58,126 nucleotides of DNA from assembly GCA_003282105.1 (NCBI GenBank), contig QCAB01000003.1, positions 1 through 58,126 of the forward strand, read 5' to 3'. Source of the stretch: SAR86 cluster bacterium AG-339-G14. GTDB lineage: Bacteria; Pseudomonadota; Gammaproteobacteria; Magnimaribacterales; AG-339-G14. The notes beneath the pieces are model-generated. The model made no database searches. It had not been told where the DNA came from and saw only the letters and a list, made by a program, of their open reading frames with translations. Position 1 is the first letter of the stretch; each line of letters begins with the position of its first letter. This document shows, piece after piece, positions 1 through 9,438 of this stretch. A program made the translations under genes and the position numbers.

Positions 1-1
1 T

Positions 2-1216
2 GATTTTATACCAAGATTAATAAAAAAAGATGAATGGAAATTAGTTGAAAAAGGATTAATACAAAGAGTAAAGGCATTGAATTTTTTTATCGAAGACTGT
101 TACAACGAAAGAAGGTTTTTAAAAGAATTTGATATCGGAGATAACTTGGTCATCGAAACATCGGCATACAAAAAGTATTGTCAAAACATTAAATTAAAAG
201 AAGGCGTATGGTCTCATATTTGCGGTTCAGATCTAATTAAAGGTGAAGATGGAGAGTTTTATGTGTTGGAAGACAATTTAAGAGTTCCCTCTGGTGTGTC
301 TTATATGCTTGAAAACAGAATGATCATGAAAAGAGTTTTGCCTGAATTATTTAGAAGATACGGAGTAAACCCAGTAGACGATTACCCAAGCAAGCTTTAT
401 GAAACTCTCGCTTCAATAAGTTTTTCTAAGGCAAAACATCCTGAAATAGTTTTATTAACCCCTGGTATTTATAATTCGGCATATTTTGAACACGCTTATC
501 TTGCTCAACAGATGGGAATAGATTTAGTTGAGGGAAGTGATCTTCAAATTGGTAAAGATGGATATGTTTTTAAAAAAACTATTGAGGGTTTAAAAAAAGT
601 TGATGTTATTTATAGAAGGATTGATGACGATTATCTTGATCCAGAAGTAGGGAATCCGGATTCTAAATTGGGAGTACGAGGATTAATTAAAAGCTGGGCG
701 CAAAAAAAAGTCTCTATTGTAAATGCTCCTGGTTGTGGCATCGCAGATGATAAAGCAGTTTATTCTTACGTTCCGAAAATGATCAAATTCTATTTGAAGG
801 AGAAGCCTATTTTAAAAAATATAAAGACTTATTTTATGAATGATAAGAAAAGCAGAGATAAAGTAAGAAAGGATATTAAATCAATGGTGATAAAACCAGT
901 ATCAGAATCAGGTGGCTATGGTATTGTTATTGGAAAAAATTTAAAGAACTCCAAGGATATCGAAGCAACCTTCAGAAAGATAAGAAATAATCCTAGAAAT
1001 TATGTGGCTCAAAAATTTATTTCCCTCTCCACGTCCCCAACATTCTCTGAAGGAAAGATTGAACCCAGACATTTAGATCTGAGGCCTTTTATATTGAGCG
1101 GAACAAAAAATTACGTCACTGTTGGAGGTCTCACTAGGGTGGCACTGAAAAAGGGAACATCAATCGTTAATTCCTCTCAAGGTGGCGGAAGCAAGGATAC
1201 TTGGATAATTGATTAG
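2..1216 (+). CDS. Circularly permuted type-2 ATP-grasp protein (COG2308-like); 5' end truncated by window edge
   Basis: The frame is open from nt 2, so the TTG at 77 is only an internal codon. It has motifs typical of this family (YVLEDNLRVPSGVSYMLENR, VNAPGCGIADDKAVY). An alpha-E gene follows immediately. Confidence 0.85.
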   Translation, partial: DFIPRLIKKDEWKLVEKGLIQRVKALNFFIEDCYNERRFLKEFDIGDNLVIETSAYKKYCQNIKLKEGVWSHICGSDLIKGEDGEFYVLEDNLRVPSGVSYMLENRMIMKRVLPELFRRYGVNPVDDYPSKLYETLASISFSKAKHPEIVLLTPGIYNSAYFEHAYLAQQMGIDLVEGSDLQIGKDGYVFKKTIEGLKKVDVIYRRIDDDYLDPEVGNPDSKLGVRGLIKSWAQKKVSIVNAPGCGIADDKAVYSYVPKMIKFYLKEKPILKNIKTYFMNDKKSRDKVRKDIKSMVIKPVSESGGYGIVIGKNLKNSKDIEATFRKIRNNPRNYVAQKFISLSTSPTFSEGKIEPRHLDLRPFILSGTKNYVTVGGLTRVALKKGTSIVNSSQGGGSKDTWIID

Positions 1217-2134
1217 ATGCTAAGTAGAGACGCAGAACATTTATATTGGTTGGCTCGTTACATCGAACGCGCTGAGAATACCGCAAGGATGATAAATGTA
1301 AATGTTGAAATGATGTTGGATTTTCCTATTGATGATACTTTAGGTTGGGAATCCATCATTGAGTCTATGGATTCTAAAAAAGATTTTCTTAAAATCTATT
1401 CAAATTATGAAGAATCTAATGTTATTAATTTTTTAAGTACTGAAAAAAATAATCCAAATTCGATTATTTCTTGTCTTAAAGGAGCTACGTATAACTCTGA
1501 ATTCATCAAAGACGATTTACCTAGATCATCAGTTGAGGAATTAAATAATATTCAATTGTTTTTTCAAAAAGAAATGACTTTGAAAGCAAGCAAAAGAAAA
1601 AGGGCAAAAAATATTTATGAGGTAATTTCGTCTTCTCAGAGATTTTTTGGAATTATCTCTGATAATTTCTCAAGGGGATATGCTTTTGAATTTTTAAAAC
1701 TTGGCCGTTTTATTGAGCGTGCAGATATGATCACGAGAATTATTGATTCAATTAGTTCTGCGAAAAAAAAGGAAGGAACAGTAGATCTGTCTACCTTGGA
1801 GTGGGTAAATTTACTTAAAACTCTTTCTGCTCATCAAGCCTTTAGAAAGGTCTCAAGAGGTGACATTGAAAAAGAAAGTGTCATTAATTTTTTATTCAAA
1901 GATGATAATTTTCCGCGTTCCATTCATAGATGTTTGACTATTCTAAAAAAAAGTTTTTTGAGTCTTCCAAAAAATAATTTGGCCCTGGCATCTATGGAAA
2001 AGTTTTTAAAATCCATAGATTCTTCCAGAGTCGGGAGGTATGACGATAAGAAAATTCACGAATTTATTGAAAACACGCAAAAGAGAATTTCTTCAATCGA
2101 TCAAATTATAAGTAAGAGTTATTTTAATAATTAA
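1217..2134 (+). CDS. Alpha-E domain protein (COG2307-like)
   Basis: The N-terminus MLSRDAEHLYWLARYIERAENTARM is the signature of alpha-E proteins. The ATG directly abuts the stop of the ATP-grasp gene. Confidence 0.85.
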   Translation: MLSRDAEHLYWLARYIERAENTARMINVNVEMMLDFPIDDTLGWESIIESMDSKKDFLKIYSNYEESNVINFLSTEKNNPNSIISCLKGATYNSEFIKDDLPRSSVEELNNIQLFFQKEMTLKASKRKRAKNIYEVISSSQRFFGIISDNFSRGYAFEFLKLGRFIERADMITRIIDSISSAKKKEGTVDLSTLEWVNLLKTLSAHQAFRKVSRGDIEKESVINFLFKDDNFPRSIHRCLTILKKSFLSLPKNNLALASMEKFLKSIDSSRVGRYDDKKIHEFIENTQKRISSIDQIISKSYFNN

Positions 2135-2157
2135 CTATAAATAGTATCCTTCAGTAC

Positions 2158-3249
2158 ATGGAAGATTTCTTAGATTTACTAAATCAAGTTTGGACCTCTG
2201 GTTTTTTAGGTATCAGCATGTCAGAAGTTCTTATTTCATTATTCATTTTAATAGTCTCTTTAATTTTTAGAGGCGTCTTTGTAAATGTAGGCGTTAATTC
2301 TCTAAAAAAATTAACTTCTCGAACCGAAACAGAATTGGATGATATTTTGTTAGATTCGCTTAAAAAACCGTTAGGATTTATTCCAATCACCATAGGTATA
2401 TATCTAATAACAATTTTTTTACCTTTATCTGGTTTAATTGATTTAATTGCTACCAATCTTGTAAAGGCTTTAATCGTTTATACAATTTTTAGCGCACTAT
2501 CAAATCTTGTGAGTCCTTTGTTTTCTATACTATCTAATAATACCTGGCTAACTACAGCAATGTCAGTTTGGCTTGAAAGATCTACTAAAGTTCTAGTCTG
2601 GGTTGTAGGACTGGCTATCATCCTTGATATTTTTGGAATTGAAATAGGGCCATTAATTGCTGGACTAGGACTTTTTTCTGTTGCTATAGCGTTGGGAGCG
2701 CAAGATTTATTTAAGAATTTAATATCTGGAATGCTGATCATTGGTGAAAATAGATTCCAACCAGGACATAGGATTGAAGTTCCAGGTGAATTTCATGGGA
2801 TTGTAGAGAGCATTGGTTTTAGATCTACTACTGTAAGGCTATTTGACACATCTCCTATGATAATTCCAAACAAGGATCTTTCTGATATAAGCGTTATAAA
2901 CCACGGATTAAATAAGTTTAGAAGAATCAGATGGACTATAAATCTAATTTATTCTACTTCTATTGATCAAATAAATAAGATCTGTCAGGAAATAGAGCAG
3001 TTTATTAATGATGAAAATCAAGGCTTTTGTATAAATTCTGGTCAGGAATCCTTCGCAAAAGCAGTCGAATTTGGAGCGAGTTCCATTGATCTAGAAATAC
3101 TTTGCTATACAAATAAAGACTCCTATACTGAATATTCAGATGTGAAACAAAATCTTCTTTTAAAGATTAAGTCCATAGTGTTAGAAAATGGTTCTGATTT
3201 TGCTTATCCATCAAGTTCAATATATTTTGAAAATTCGTTAGATAAATAA
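2158..3249 (+). CDS. Mechanosensitive ion channel, MscS family
   Basis: Multiple N-terminal TM helices are followed by a pore-helix-like GAQDLFKNLISGMLII and a beta-domain (GIVESIGFRSTTVRLFD). Confidence 0.85.
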   Translation: MEDFLDLLNQVWTSGFLGISMSEVLISLFILIVSLIFRGVFVNVGVNSLKKLTSRTETELDDILLDSLKKPLGFIPITIGIYLITIFLPLSGLIDLIATNLVKALIVYTIFSALSNLVSPLFSILSNNTWLTTAMSVWLERSTKVLVWVVGLAIILDIFGIEIGPLIAGLGLFSVAIALGAQDLFKNLISGMLIIGENRFQPGHRIEVPGEFHGIVESIGFRSTTVRLFDTSPMIIPNKDLSDISVINHGLNKFRRIRWTINLIYSTSIDQINKICQEIEQFINDENQGFCINSGQESFAKAVEFGASSIDLEILCYTNKDSYTEYSDVKQNLLLKIKSIVLENGSDFAYPSSSIYFENSLDK

Positions 3250-3252
3250 TCT

Positions 3253-3729
3253 ATGACAAAAATGTCATTCATATTTCTATTGGCAATAGCGTCAATCTTA
3301 GTATTCAGGATACTGACCTTCGCACCCATTCCAGTAGCAGATGATTGTGAACTTAAAGAAGTTTGGAATTTAAACCGGATAGATAATTTTTCTGGATTGA
3401 TAGATGGATTAGATTTTTACGATGAAAAGCCTCTTATTAAATTTTTTGCTAGAAATTTTTATCCATTACTTTTATCAAACAGTCAAATTCTAGTTTCTAT
3501 CGAATGTAATGTTGCAGAAAGAAATATTATTTGGAATTTTTTCCGGAACTGGTACGGCGAAAAATTAGACTTAAATGCTCTGCCAGTATCTTTCTTGGTT
3601 CAAAGATTCAATGGTTCTGTAGACATAGAACAAAAAATATATAAAGATGGCGGCGAATTAATAAGGGAAATTAACGTTCTCGAAAAAGATACTGGGAAAA
3701 TAAAGTTTTATTATAGAAAAAATGAATGA
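3253..3729 (+). CDS. Hypothetical protein with N-terminal hydrophobic segment
   Basis: 158-aa ORF tightly packed between the MscS gene (3-nt gap) and purU (8-nt overlap). No motif recognised. Confidence 0.5.
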   Translation: MTKMSFIFLLAIASILVFRILTFAPIPVADDCELKEVWNLNRIDNFSGLIDGLDFYDEKPLIKFFARNFYPLLLSNSQILVSIECNVAERNIIWNFFRNWYGEKLDLNALPVSFLVQRFNGSVDIEQKIYKDGGELIREINVLEKDTGKIKFYYRKNE

Positions 3730-4579
3730 TCAAGAATTTATTTTAAGAGTTACTTGTCCTGACTCACTTGGGTTAGTGGCAAAAGTTTCAAATTTTTTAA
3801 ATGAACAAAATTTATTTATTAAAGATTCTGCTCATTATGGCGACCCAATAACTAAGAAGTTTTTTATGAGGGTAAAGGTAGTTTCGCCCAATCAAAAAAT
3901 TAATAAAGAAAATTTTGATAAAACATTCTCAGTTTTGGCTGAAGAAGCTAACATGGATTGGTCTTTTCATAATGCTATTTTAAAACCTAACACTACAATA
4001 TTTGTATCAAAATATAGTCATTGTTTGCAGGATCTTCTTTACAGGGCCAGTGTTGATTCATTAAAAATTAATATTAAATCTGTTATTTCTAATCATCCAG
4101 ATTTAGAAAAGATAGTTTCAGATTATGAAATTCCTTTTCATTACATCGAGGTAACTAAAGATAACAAATCTGAAGTAGAGATGAAGATGTCGAAAATAAT
4201 TGAAGGTGACAATATAGATCTAATTATTTTGGCAAGATATATGCAAATCCTATCAACTGATTTTTGTAATAAATATTTTGGTAAAATAATCAATATACAT
4301 CACTCTTTTCTGCCAAGTTTTAAAGGAGCAAAACCTTACCATCAGGCTTATGAAAAGGGAGTTAAAATTCTCGGAGCTACAGCTCATTACGTGACAAGTG
4401 AGCTTGATGAAGGACCCATCATAGAACAAACGGTTGATAGAATTGATCACTCAAAATCACCAGAAGACATGGAAATTATAGGGAGGGATATTGAATCGAT
4501 TACCTTAGCAAAGGCTGTACAATATCATTCTGAACAAAGAATTTTCTTAAATGATAATAAAACTGTGATATTTAAATAA
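3722..4579 (+). CDS. purU: Formyltetrahydrofolate deformylase
   Basis: N-terminal ACT-like domain plus a formyl-transferase core (HHSFLPSFKGAKPYHQAYEKGVKILGATAHYVTSELDEGPII). Confidence 0.9.
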   Translation: MNDQEFILRVTCPDSLGLVAKVSNFLNEQNLFIKDSAHYGDPITKKFFMRVKVVSPNQKINKENFDKTFSVLAEEANMDWSFHNAILKPNTTIFVSKYSHCLQDLLYRASVDSLKINIKSVISNHPDLEKIVSDYEIPFHYIEVTKDNKSEVEMKMSKIIEGDNIDLIILARYMQILSTDFCNKYFGKIINIHHSFLPSFKGAKPYHQAYEKGVKILGATAHYVTSELDEGPIIEQTVDRIDHSKSPEDMEIIGRDIESITLAKAVQYHSEQRIFLNDNKTVIFK

Positions 4580-4965
4580 TGGGAACAAAACTAAAACACT
4601 ATTCAACAATAGGTACTAATAATAAAGAAGCAGCGGAAAAGTTTTACGATGAACTTTTGTCTTTAGTAAATGCTAAAAAATTTCCTGCCAATGATCGCAT
4701 AACTATGTGGATGTCGTCTGAAGATAATTACGTTTTGCTTGCAATCGCAGTTCCGTATGATGGAGAAAAAGCCTCAAACGGTAATGGAACAATGAAAGGA
4801 ATTGCTTTGGATACTAAAGAAGAAGTAGACGCAATGTATGCTAAAGCAATCGAATTAGGTGCTAGCGATGATGGAGAGCCTGGCCAAAGGGCGGGAGCTT
4901 TTTATGGGGCATACGTTCATGATTTAGATGGAAATAAGTTAACTTTTTTTAATTTTGACGTTTAA
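4579..4965 (+). CDS. VOC/glyoxalase-family protein
   Basis: 128 aa; the C-terminal YGAYVHDLDGNKL pattern is typical of the glyoxalase/bleomycin-resistance fold. Confidence 0.65.
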   Translation: MGTKLKHYSTIGTNNKEAAEKFYDELLSLVNAKKFPANDRITMWMSSEDNYVLLAIAVPYDGEKASNGNGTMKGIALDTKEEVDAMYAKAIELGASDDGEPGQRAGAFYGAYVHDLDGNKLTFFNFDV

Positions 4966-6125
4966 TTAAGAGAGCTCTCAATATCATCAATTAAATCATC
5001 AATATTTTCTAAGCCAATTGATAAACGAATGAGAGTATCAGAAATTCCTAATTTCTTTCTTCGTTCTTCTGGTAGAGATGCATGAGTCATTAAACCAGGG
5101 TGTTCGATTAAACTTTCTACGCCTCCAAGACTTTCGGCAAGAGTAAATATAGAAGTTTTTTCTAAAAGTTCTTTTGCATTTGATAAATTTCCATTGAGCT
5201 CTAACGAGACAATTCCGGAGAAACCTTCCATTTGAGACTTAGCTAAACTATGCTGCGGATGTGAGACGAGACCTGGGTAGATTACTTTTGAAATTTTATT
5301 GTGTCCTTCAAAGTATTGAGCTAATTTCATTGCATTTTCATTGTGGCGTTGCATTCTCACCACAAGTGTTTTTAGACTTCTTAAAAGTAAATAACTATCA
5401 AAAGCTCCAGAAATTGGTCCAAGAGAATTGTGGATGTTTTCCATCCTAGCTATCAAATCCATATCATCTTTTCCGATAACCATTGCGCCAGCAATTAAAT
5501 CTGAATGCCCACCCAAATATTTTGTAGCCGAATGAATCACGATATCAATTCCAAAATTTAATGGCTTCTGGTTGAAGGGTGATGCAAATGTATTATCACA
5601 AACCGTTAGTATTTTTCTCTTTTTAGCTAATTCAGAAATTTTTTGTAAATCTGATACTTTCAATAATGGATTTGTTGGAGTTTCAATAAATAACATCTTT
5701 GTATTATCTGAAATTTCTTTTTCTATATTCTCAATATTACTCATATCAACATAGGAAATATTAATTCCTTGGGAAATGCTTTTAATTTCATCAAATAACC
5801 TAACCGATCCTCCGTAAAGGTCATCCATTGCAATGATGTGGTCGCCTGGTTGTAATAATTCAACACACGCAGAAATTGCTGCAACCCCAGAAGAGAATCC
5901 AAACCCTTTGATACCATTTTCTAAACTTGCAATGCATTCTTCAAATGCTTCTCTGGTAGGATTAATTGATCTGGAATAATCATACCCTTTGTGTACTCCT
6001 GGACTAGATTGTTCAAAGGTCGATGCCATGACAATTGGTGTCATTACAGCACCTGAAGTAGGGTCAGGTTTTTGACCAGCATGTATAGCCAAAGTTTCGA
6101 AATTCTTTTTTTTCTTTTTTTTCAT
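4962..6125 (-). CDS. Cys/Met-metabolism PLP enzyme (cystathionine gamma-lyase / gamma-synthase family)
   Basis: PLP-lysine motif HSATKYLGGHSD and N-terminal FETLAIHAG. I place the start at ATG 6125 (MKKKKKKNFETL), which sits 1 nt after the stop of the upstream gene. Confidence 0.85.
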   Translation of the reverse strand: MKKKKKKNFETLAIHAGQKPDPTSGAVMTPIVMASTFEQSSPGVHKGYDYSRSINPTREAFEECIASLENGIKGFGFSSGVAAISACVELLQPGDHIIAMDDLYGGSVRLFDEIKSISQGINISYVDMSNIENIEKEISDNTKMLFIETPTNPLLKVSDLQKISELAKKRKILTVCDNTFASPFNQKPLNFGIDIVIHSATKYLGGHSDLIAGAMVIGKDDMDLIARMENIHNSLGPISGAFDSYLLLRSLKTLVVRMQRHNENAMKLAQYFEGHNKISKVIYPGLVSHPQHSLAKSQMEGFSGIVSLELNGNLSNAKELLEKTSIFTLAESLGGVESLIEHPGLMTHASLPEERRKKLGISDTLIRLSIGLENIDDLIDDIESSLN

Positions 6126-6126
6126 T

Positions 6127-7095
6127 TTAAAAATTTTCTTCAAGCCACTCTTTATTGTACGCCTTTGAAAGATACTTATTTCCAGTATCACAGATTAATG
6201 TAACAACTTTTTTTGGAGTTTTTTGCAACTTACACCATTCAACTGCGGCATGAACAAGTGTTCCGCAAGAGGTTCCTGCAAGAATTCCTTCTTCTTGTAA
6301 TAGTTTATTCAACATTTCAAATGCGTCTTTGTCTGAAACATAAATACCTTCGTCAATGATATCTAAATTTAAGTTGCCCGGAATATGGTCTTCACCAATT
6401 CCCTCTACAAGCCAAGATCCGTTTTCATATTTATAAGATCCAGTGTTTACAGCATCTGCAACGACGGAGCCAACTGGATCGGCAATGACAATATTTATCT
6501 TTGAATTTTTAGATTTTAGAAATTTTCCAACACCACTTATTGTTCCTCCGGTCCCGACGCCAGCTACAAATGCATCAATATTTCCTTCCATTTGCTCCCA
6601 AATCTCAGGCCCTGTTGTTGTTTCATGGATCTTTGGATTGGAGGGGTTATTAAATTGATCTGTGAAAAATGCTCCAGGCGTTTCGGAAACAATTTTTGCT
6701 GCCAAATCTTGATAATGTTCAGGATGACCTTTTTCAACGTCTGATCTTGTAAAAATTATATCTACACCCATAGCTTCGAGGTGCATAACTTTTTCTTTAC
6801 TCATTTTGTCTGGTATTACCAAGATTAATTTGTAACCTTTCAACTTAGCCGCAAGCGCTAGACCTAGGCCAGTATTTCCTGCGGTGCATTCAACTATTAC
6901 ACCACCTTTTTTTAAAAGACCTTTATTTTCTGCATCGGTAATCATTTGAAGACCAACTCTGTCCTTTATAGAACCTCCTGGGTTTAAGTTTTCTAACTTT
7001 ACGAAAAGTTCACATAAACCTGTGTCTATTGAGTTAATTTTTAAGATTGGAGTATTACCAACCATATCTAAGATATTTGAATAAATTTTATTCAT
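6127..7095 (-). CDS. Cysteine synthase / cystathionine beta-synthase catalytic-domain protein (fold-type II PLP)
   Basis: Motifs GNTPILKIN, NPGGSIKDR and GVGTGGTISG. ATG at 7095 (MNKIYSN...) is preferred over the TTG at 7182. There is no C-terminal CBS regulatory pair. Confidence 0.85.
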   Translation of the reverse strand: MNKIYSNILDMVGNTPILKINSIDTGLCELFVKLENLNPGGSIKDRVGLQMITDAENKGLLKKGGVIVECTAGNTGLGLALAAKLKGYKLILVIPDKMSKEKVMHLEAMGVDIIFTRSDVEKGHPEHYQDLAAKIVSETPGAFFTDQFNNPSNPKIHETTTGPEIWEQMEGNIDAFVAGVGTGGTISGVGKFLKSKNSKINIVIADPVGSVVADAVNTGSYKYENGSWLVEGIGEDHIPGNLNLDIIDEGIYVSDKDAFEMLNKLLQEEGILAGTSCGTLVHAAVEWCKLQKTPKKVVTLICDTGNKYLSKAYNKEWLEENF

Positions 7096-7221
7096 CGTTT
7101 GGAGGATCTTCTTTCTTTCTATTATATTTTTTCTTGTCAACGAAAACACTAGACTTGTTAAATTTTCTTGCGTTCTTGGCAACAGGATTTATTCTTTTTC
7201 TAGTAATTTTTTTTTTCACTT

Positions 7222-8082
7222 TTAGATTTTTATGAAATAAATAAAATAGTATTTAAATAGTCTCAATAGCTTTTTTAGAGTATGTTTAGGGTCATTAAAT
7301 TCATTTCTCTTTGAATAATATTCTTTCAAATGAAGATATCCTAATAAGAATTTATTTTTCACAGTTTGATTAGTTTTGGAAAGTCCTTCATAAACGTATG
7401 GCCTTATTGGTCGTTGAGAATATTTTTTTAACAACTTCCTCAATTCATCCATGTGATCTATATTTTTGCTTTTCAAGTAATCGTACAATGGACCACCTAC
7501 AGGCCTAGTATGTTTCATGGAAATTTCATCGAGGATAGCCATTTTTTTTAATTCGTTGTTGAAATAATTACCCCAAAGATGATCCAAACCAACTCCACTT
7601 TCACAGTCTTTAAAATCATCTAAGGCATTCTTAAGAACCTCCTTCTTAATACATGGAGCCATTACTTCAATAAAATTTGAATACCTTAAAATAAAATCTT
7701 CGTTCTGAATCAGTAGAAGAAAAGTGTAAAAACTATCTTTTGTTAGGGAAGGCTGGGCAACAAATAAATTATGTTCATCCATTGCTTGAAACATTTCATT
7801 TATCGAAATACTATCGATTTCCAAATCGTCGTCGGGAAACCAATAATAATCGTAAGCGTTAAGTATATTGTTGCTATGCAAAAAATTATAAATTGACGAC
7901 CATTTCCCTCCTTCAATAAAAAACTTCGACACACCTTCCGAAATATCGAAATTGTCAAAAGCTTTTCTTTCATAAAACAATAATATCAAGTCCCAGTTTC
8001 GATCAATGTAGTTCTTGGAAATCCAATATTGATGTAGTGAATTGTTACCATTTCTAGAAATGACTACATTGGAACGCATCAA
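7222..8082 (-). CDS. DUF707-family protein
   Basis: Blocks YDYYWFPDDDLEI, VAQPSL, FIEVMAPCIKK and GVGLDH resemble the conserved blocks I recall for DUF707 proteins. Confidence 0.65.
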   Translation of the reverse strand: MMRSNVVISRNGNNSLHQYWISKNYIDRNWDLILLFYERKAFDNFDISEGVSKFFIEGGKWSSIYNFLHSNNILNAYDYYWFPDDDLEIDSISINEMFQAMDEHNLFVAQPSLTKDSFYTFLLLIQNEDFILRYSNFIEVMAPCIKKEVLKNALDDFKDCESGVGLDHLWGNYFNNELKKMAILDEISMKHTRPVGGPLYDYLKSKNIDHMDELRKLLKKYSQRPIRPYVYEGLSKTNQTVKNKFLLGYLHLKEYYSKRNEFNDPKHTLKKLLRLFKYYFIYFIKI

Positions 8083-8088
8083 AATATT

Positions 8089-9438
8089 TTAAGAATTTAG
8101 TCGTTTATTAATTTCTTCTTTTACCAACCAAATTCTATCTTGTCCCCAGACGTAATAAGGATTGCTGCCATCTGCATCAGTTATTTTAAAACTAGGAACA
8201 CCCCAACAATTTCCACGATACATGTCTTCACAGTTTTCATTAAGAATTTTTTTCCAAGCAGAAGTATTTAGATGTTTTTTAACTTCTTTCCATTTAAGCC
8301 CAAGCTCAGATATGAGGTTTTCCAAAAAACTTTCTTCGCCTATGTTGATACCGTCTTGAAAAGAAGCTTTCAACAATTCATCTATATATTCAAACCCTTT
8401 TCCTAAACGATTTATTTCTGGAAAAAGTGAATAAGCTTTTCTAGCAGGTTTTCCAATTGGTGAAAAAATTGATTTCATTTCATAATCGTATTTTCTTCCT
8501 TCTCTTGCTGCATCTGAAATAATGTACTTAGCTTTAAACGTAGGAATTGTCATCATTCGCATGAGCATTGGTAATACTGGCTTAGTTATTAAATTAACAG
8601 GATATTTTTCAGACAACTCTTTAACTCTCTTTGCACTTATAAAAGTATATGGGCTATTCAAAGAAGGGTAGTAGCTCAAATTTAGCTTAGTTTGCGAACT
8701 AAGCTCGTCAGGTGCAGACAACATTAAAGGCGCTATAGCTTCATTTGACGAAGTCTTTTTTACTCCAAGCTCAGTAAGTCTGTCTTCTAAATGATTTAAT
8801 CGGTCTACTCCCCAGTAAAGCTCTTTTTCGTAGTAAAAAGCTGATCCAAAATAATAACCACTTCCATCTCTTTTTATATTTCCTTCTTTTAATATCTCTT
8901 TTACCTTTTCAAGAGAAGATGAATAATTCCTAGACAAGTTAATAAGTTCGTTCTTATTGTTTTGCCAGAGAAAATCACTAACTAATTTAGCAACTTCAGT
9001 GAAATTTTCAGATGGCACAGATGCAAGAATAGAGTTAGCCAAGTTGACCAGAGATTTATTTGGATATGAAGTCCCAGCAAAATCAACCCCGTAGTAAGGA
9101 GCAATTCTTTTTACGTCTTCTAAACAATAATTATGGTACAAGGAAGGTTCATGTAATGTTTCAGGATTTTCATCACCTACTAAAATGGGACTCAATTTTA
9201 TTGAATATTCATTAATCAGTTTTTCAATAAATTGGATAGTTAAATGAGAATAAGGATCATCGACCTTATGAAAATACAAAATTTCATGTTCTCTCTTTTC
9301 TTTAACTCTGTCGGATTCGGCTTTATTTCTTATTGCATTAAAGTTTTCAAAATTTGAAAACATATTCATGGTTTTGTTTCTGAGTTTATAAGCGAAAGTT
9401 CTTCTCGCAATAAAATTTCTAAAGACCTTCGCAATCAA
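8089..9438 (-). CDS. Tandem DsbA-like / 2-hydroxychromene-2-carboxylate isomerase-like protein
   Basis: Two thioredoxin-fold halves have SPY(S/T) in place of CxxC (DDPYSHL and LNSPYTF). The C-terminus carries GNCWGVPSF. The annotated start is a TTG; alternative ATGs lie at 9369 and 9363. Confidence 0.6.
   Translation of the reverse strand: MIAKVFRNFIARRTFAYKLRNKTMNMFSNFENFNAIRNKAESDRVKEKREHEILYFHKVDDPYSHLTIQFIEKLINEYSIKLSPILVGDENPETLHEPSLYHNYCLEDVKRIAPYYGVDFAGTSYPNKSLVNLANSILASVPSENFTEVAKLVSDFLWQNNKNELINLSRNYSSSLEKVKEILKEGNIKRDGSGYYFGSAFYYEKELYWGVDRLNHLEDRLTELGVKKTSSNEAIAPLMLSAPDELSSQTKLNLSYYPSLNSPYTFISAKRVKELSEKYPVNLITKPVLPMLMRMMTIPTFKAKYIISDAAREGRKYDYEMKSIFSPIGKPARKAYSLFPEINRLGKGFEYIDELLKASFQDGINIGEESFLENLISELGLKWKEVKKHLNTSAWKKILNENCEDMYRGNCWGVPSFKITDADGSNPYYVWGQDRIWLVKEEINKRLNS

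Noticed and set aside
2184-2741. Antisense ORFs 2184..2456 and 2478..2741 inside the MscS gene.
   Set aside because: Both lie fully inside a well-supported CDS on the opposite strand, and no motif was recognised.
6101-6125. Poly-lysine N-terminus (MKKKKKK) of the cystathionine gamma-lyase-like gene, encoded by long A-runs, as possible programmed slippage.
   Set aside because: The frame is intact and the start sits right after the upstream stop codon. A-rich starts are expected in this AT-rich genome, and there is no evidence of a shift.
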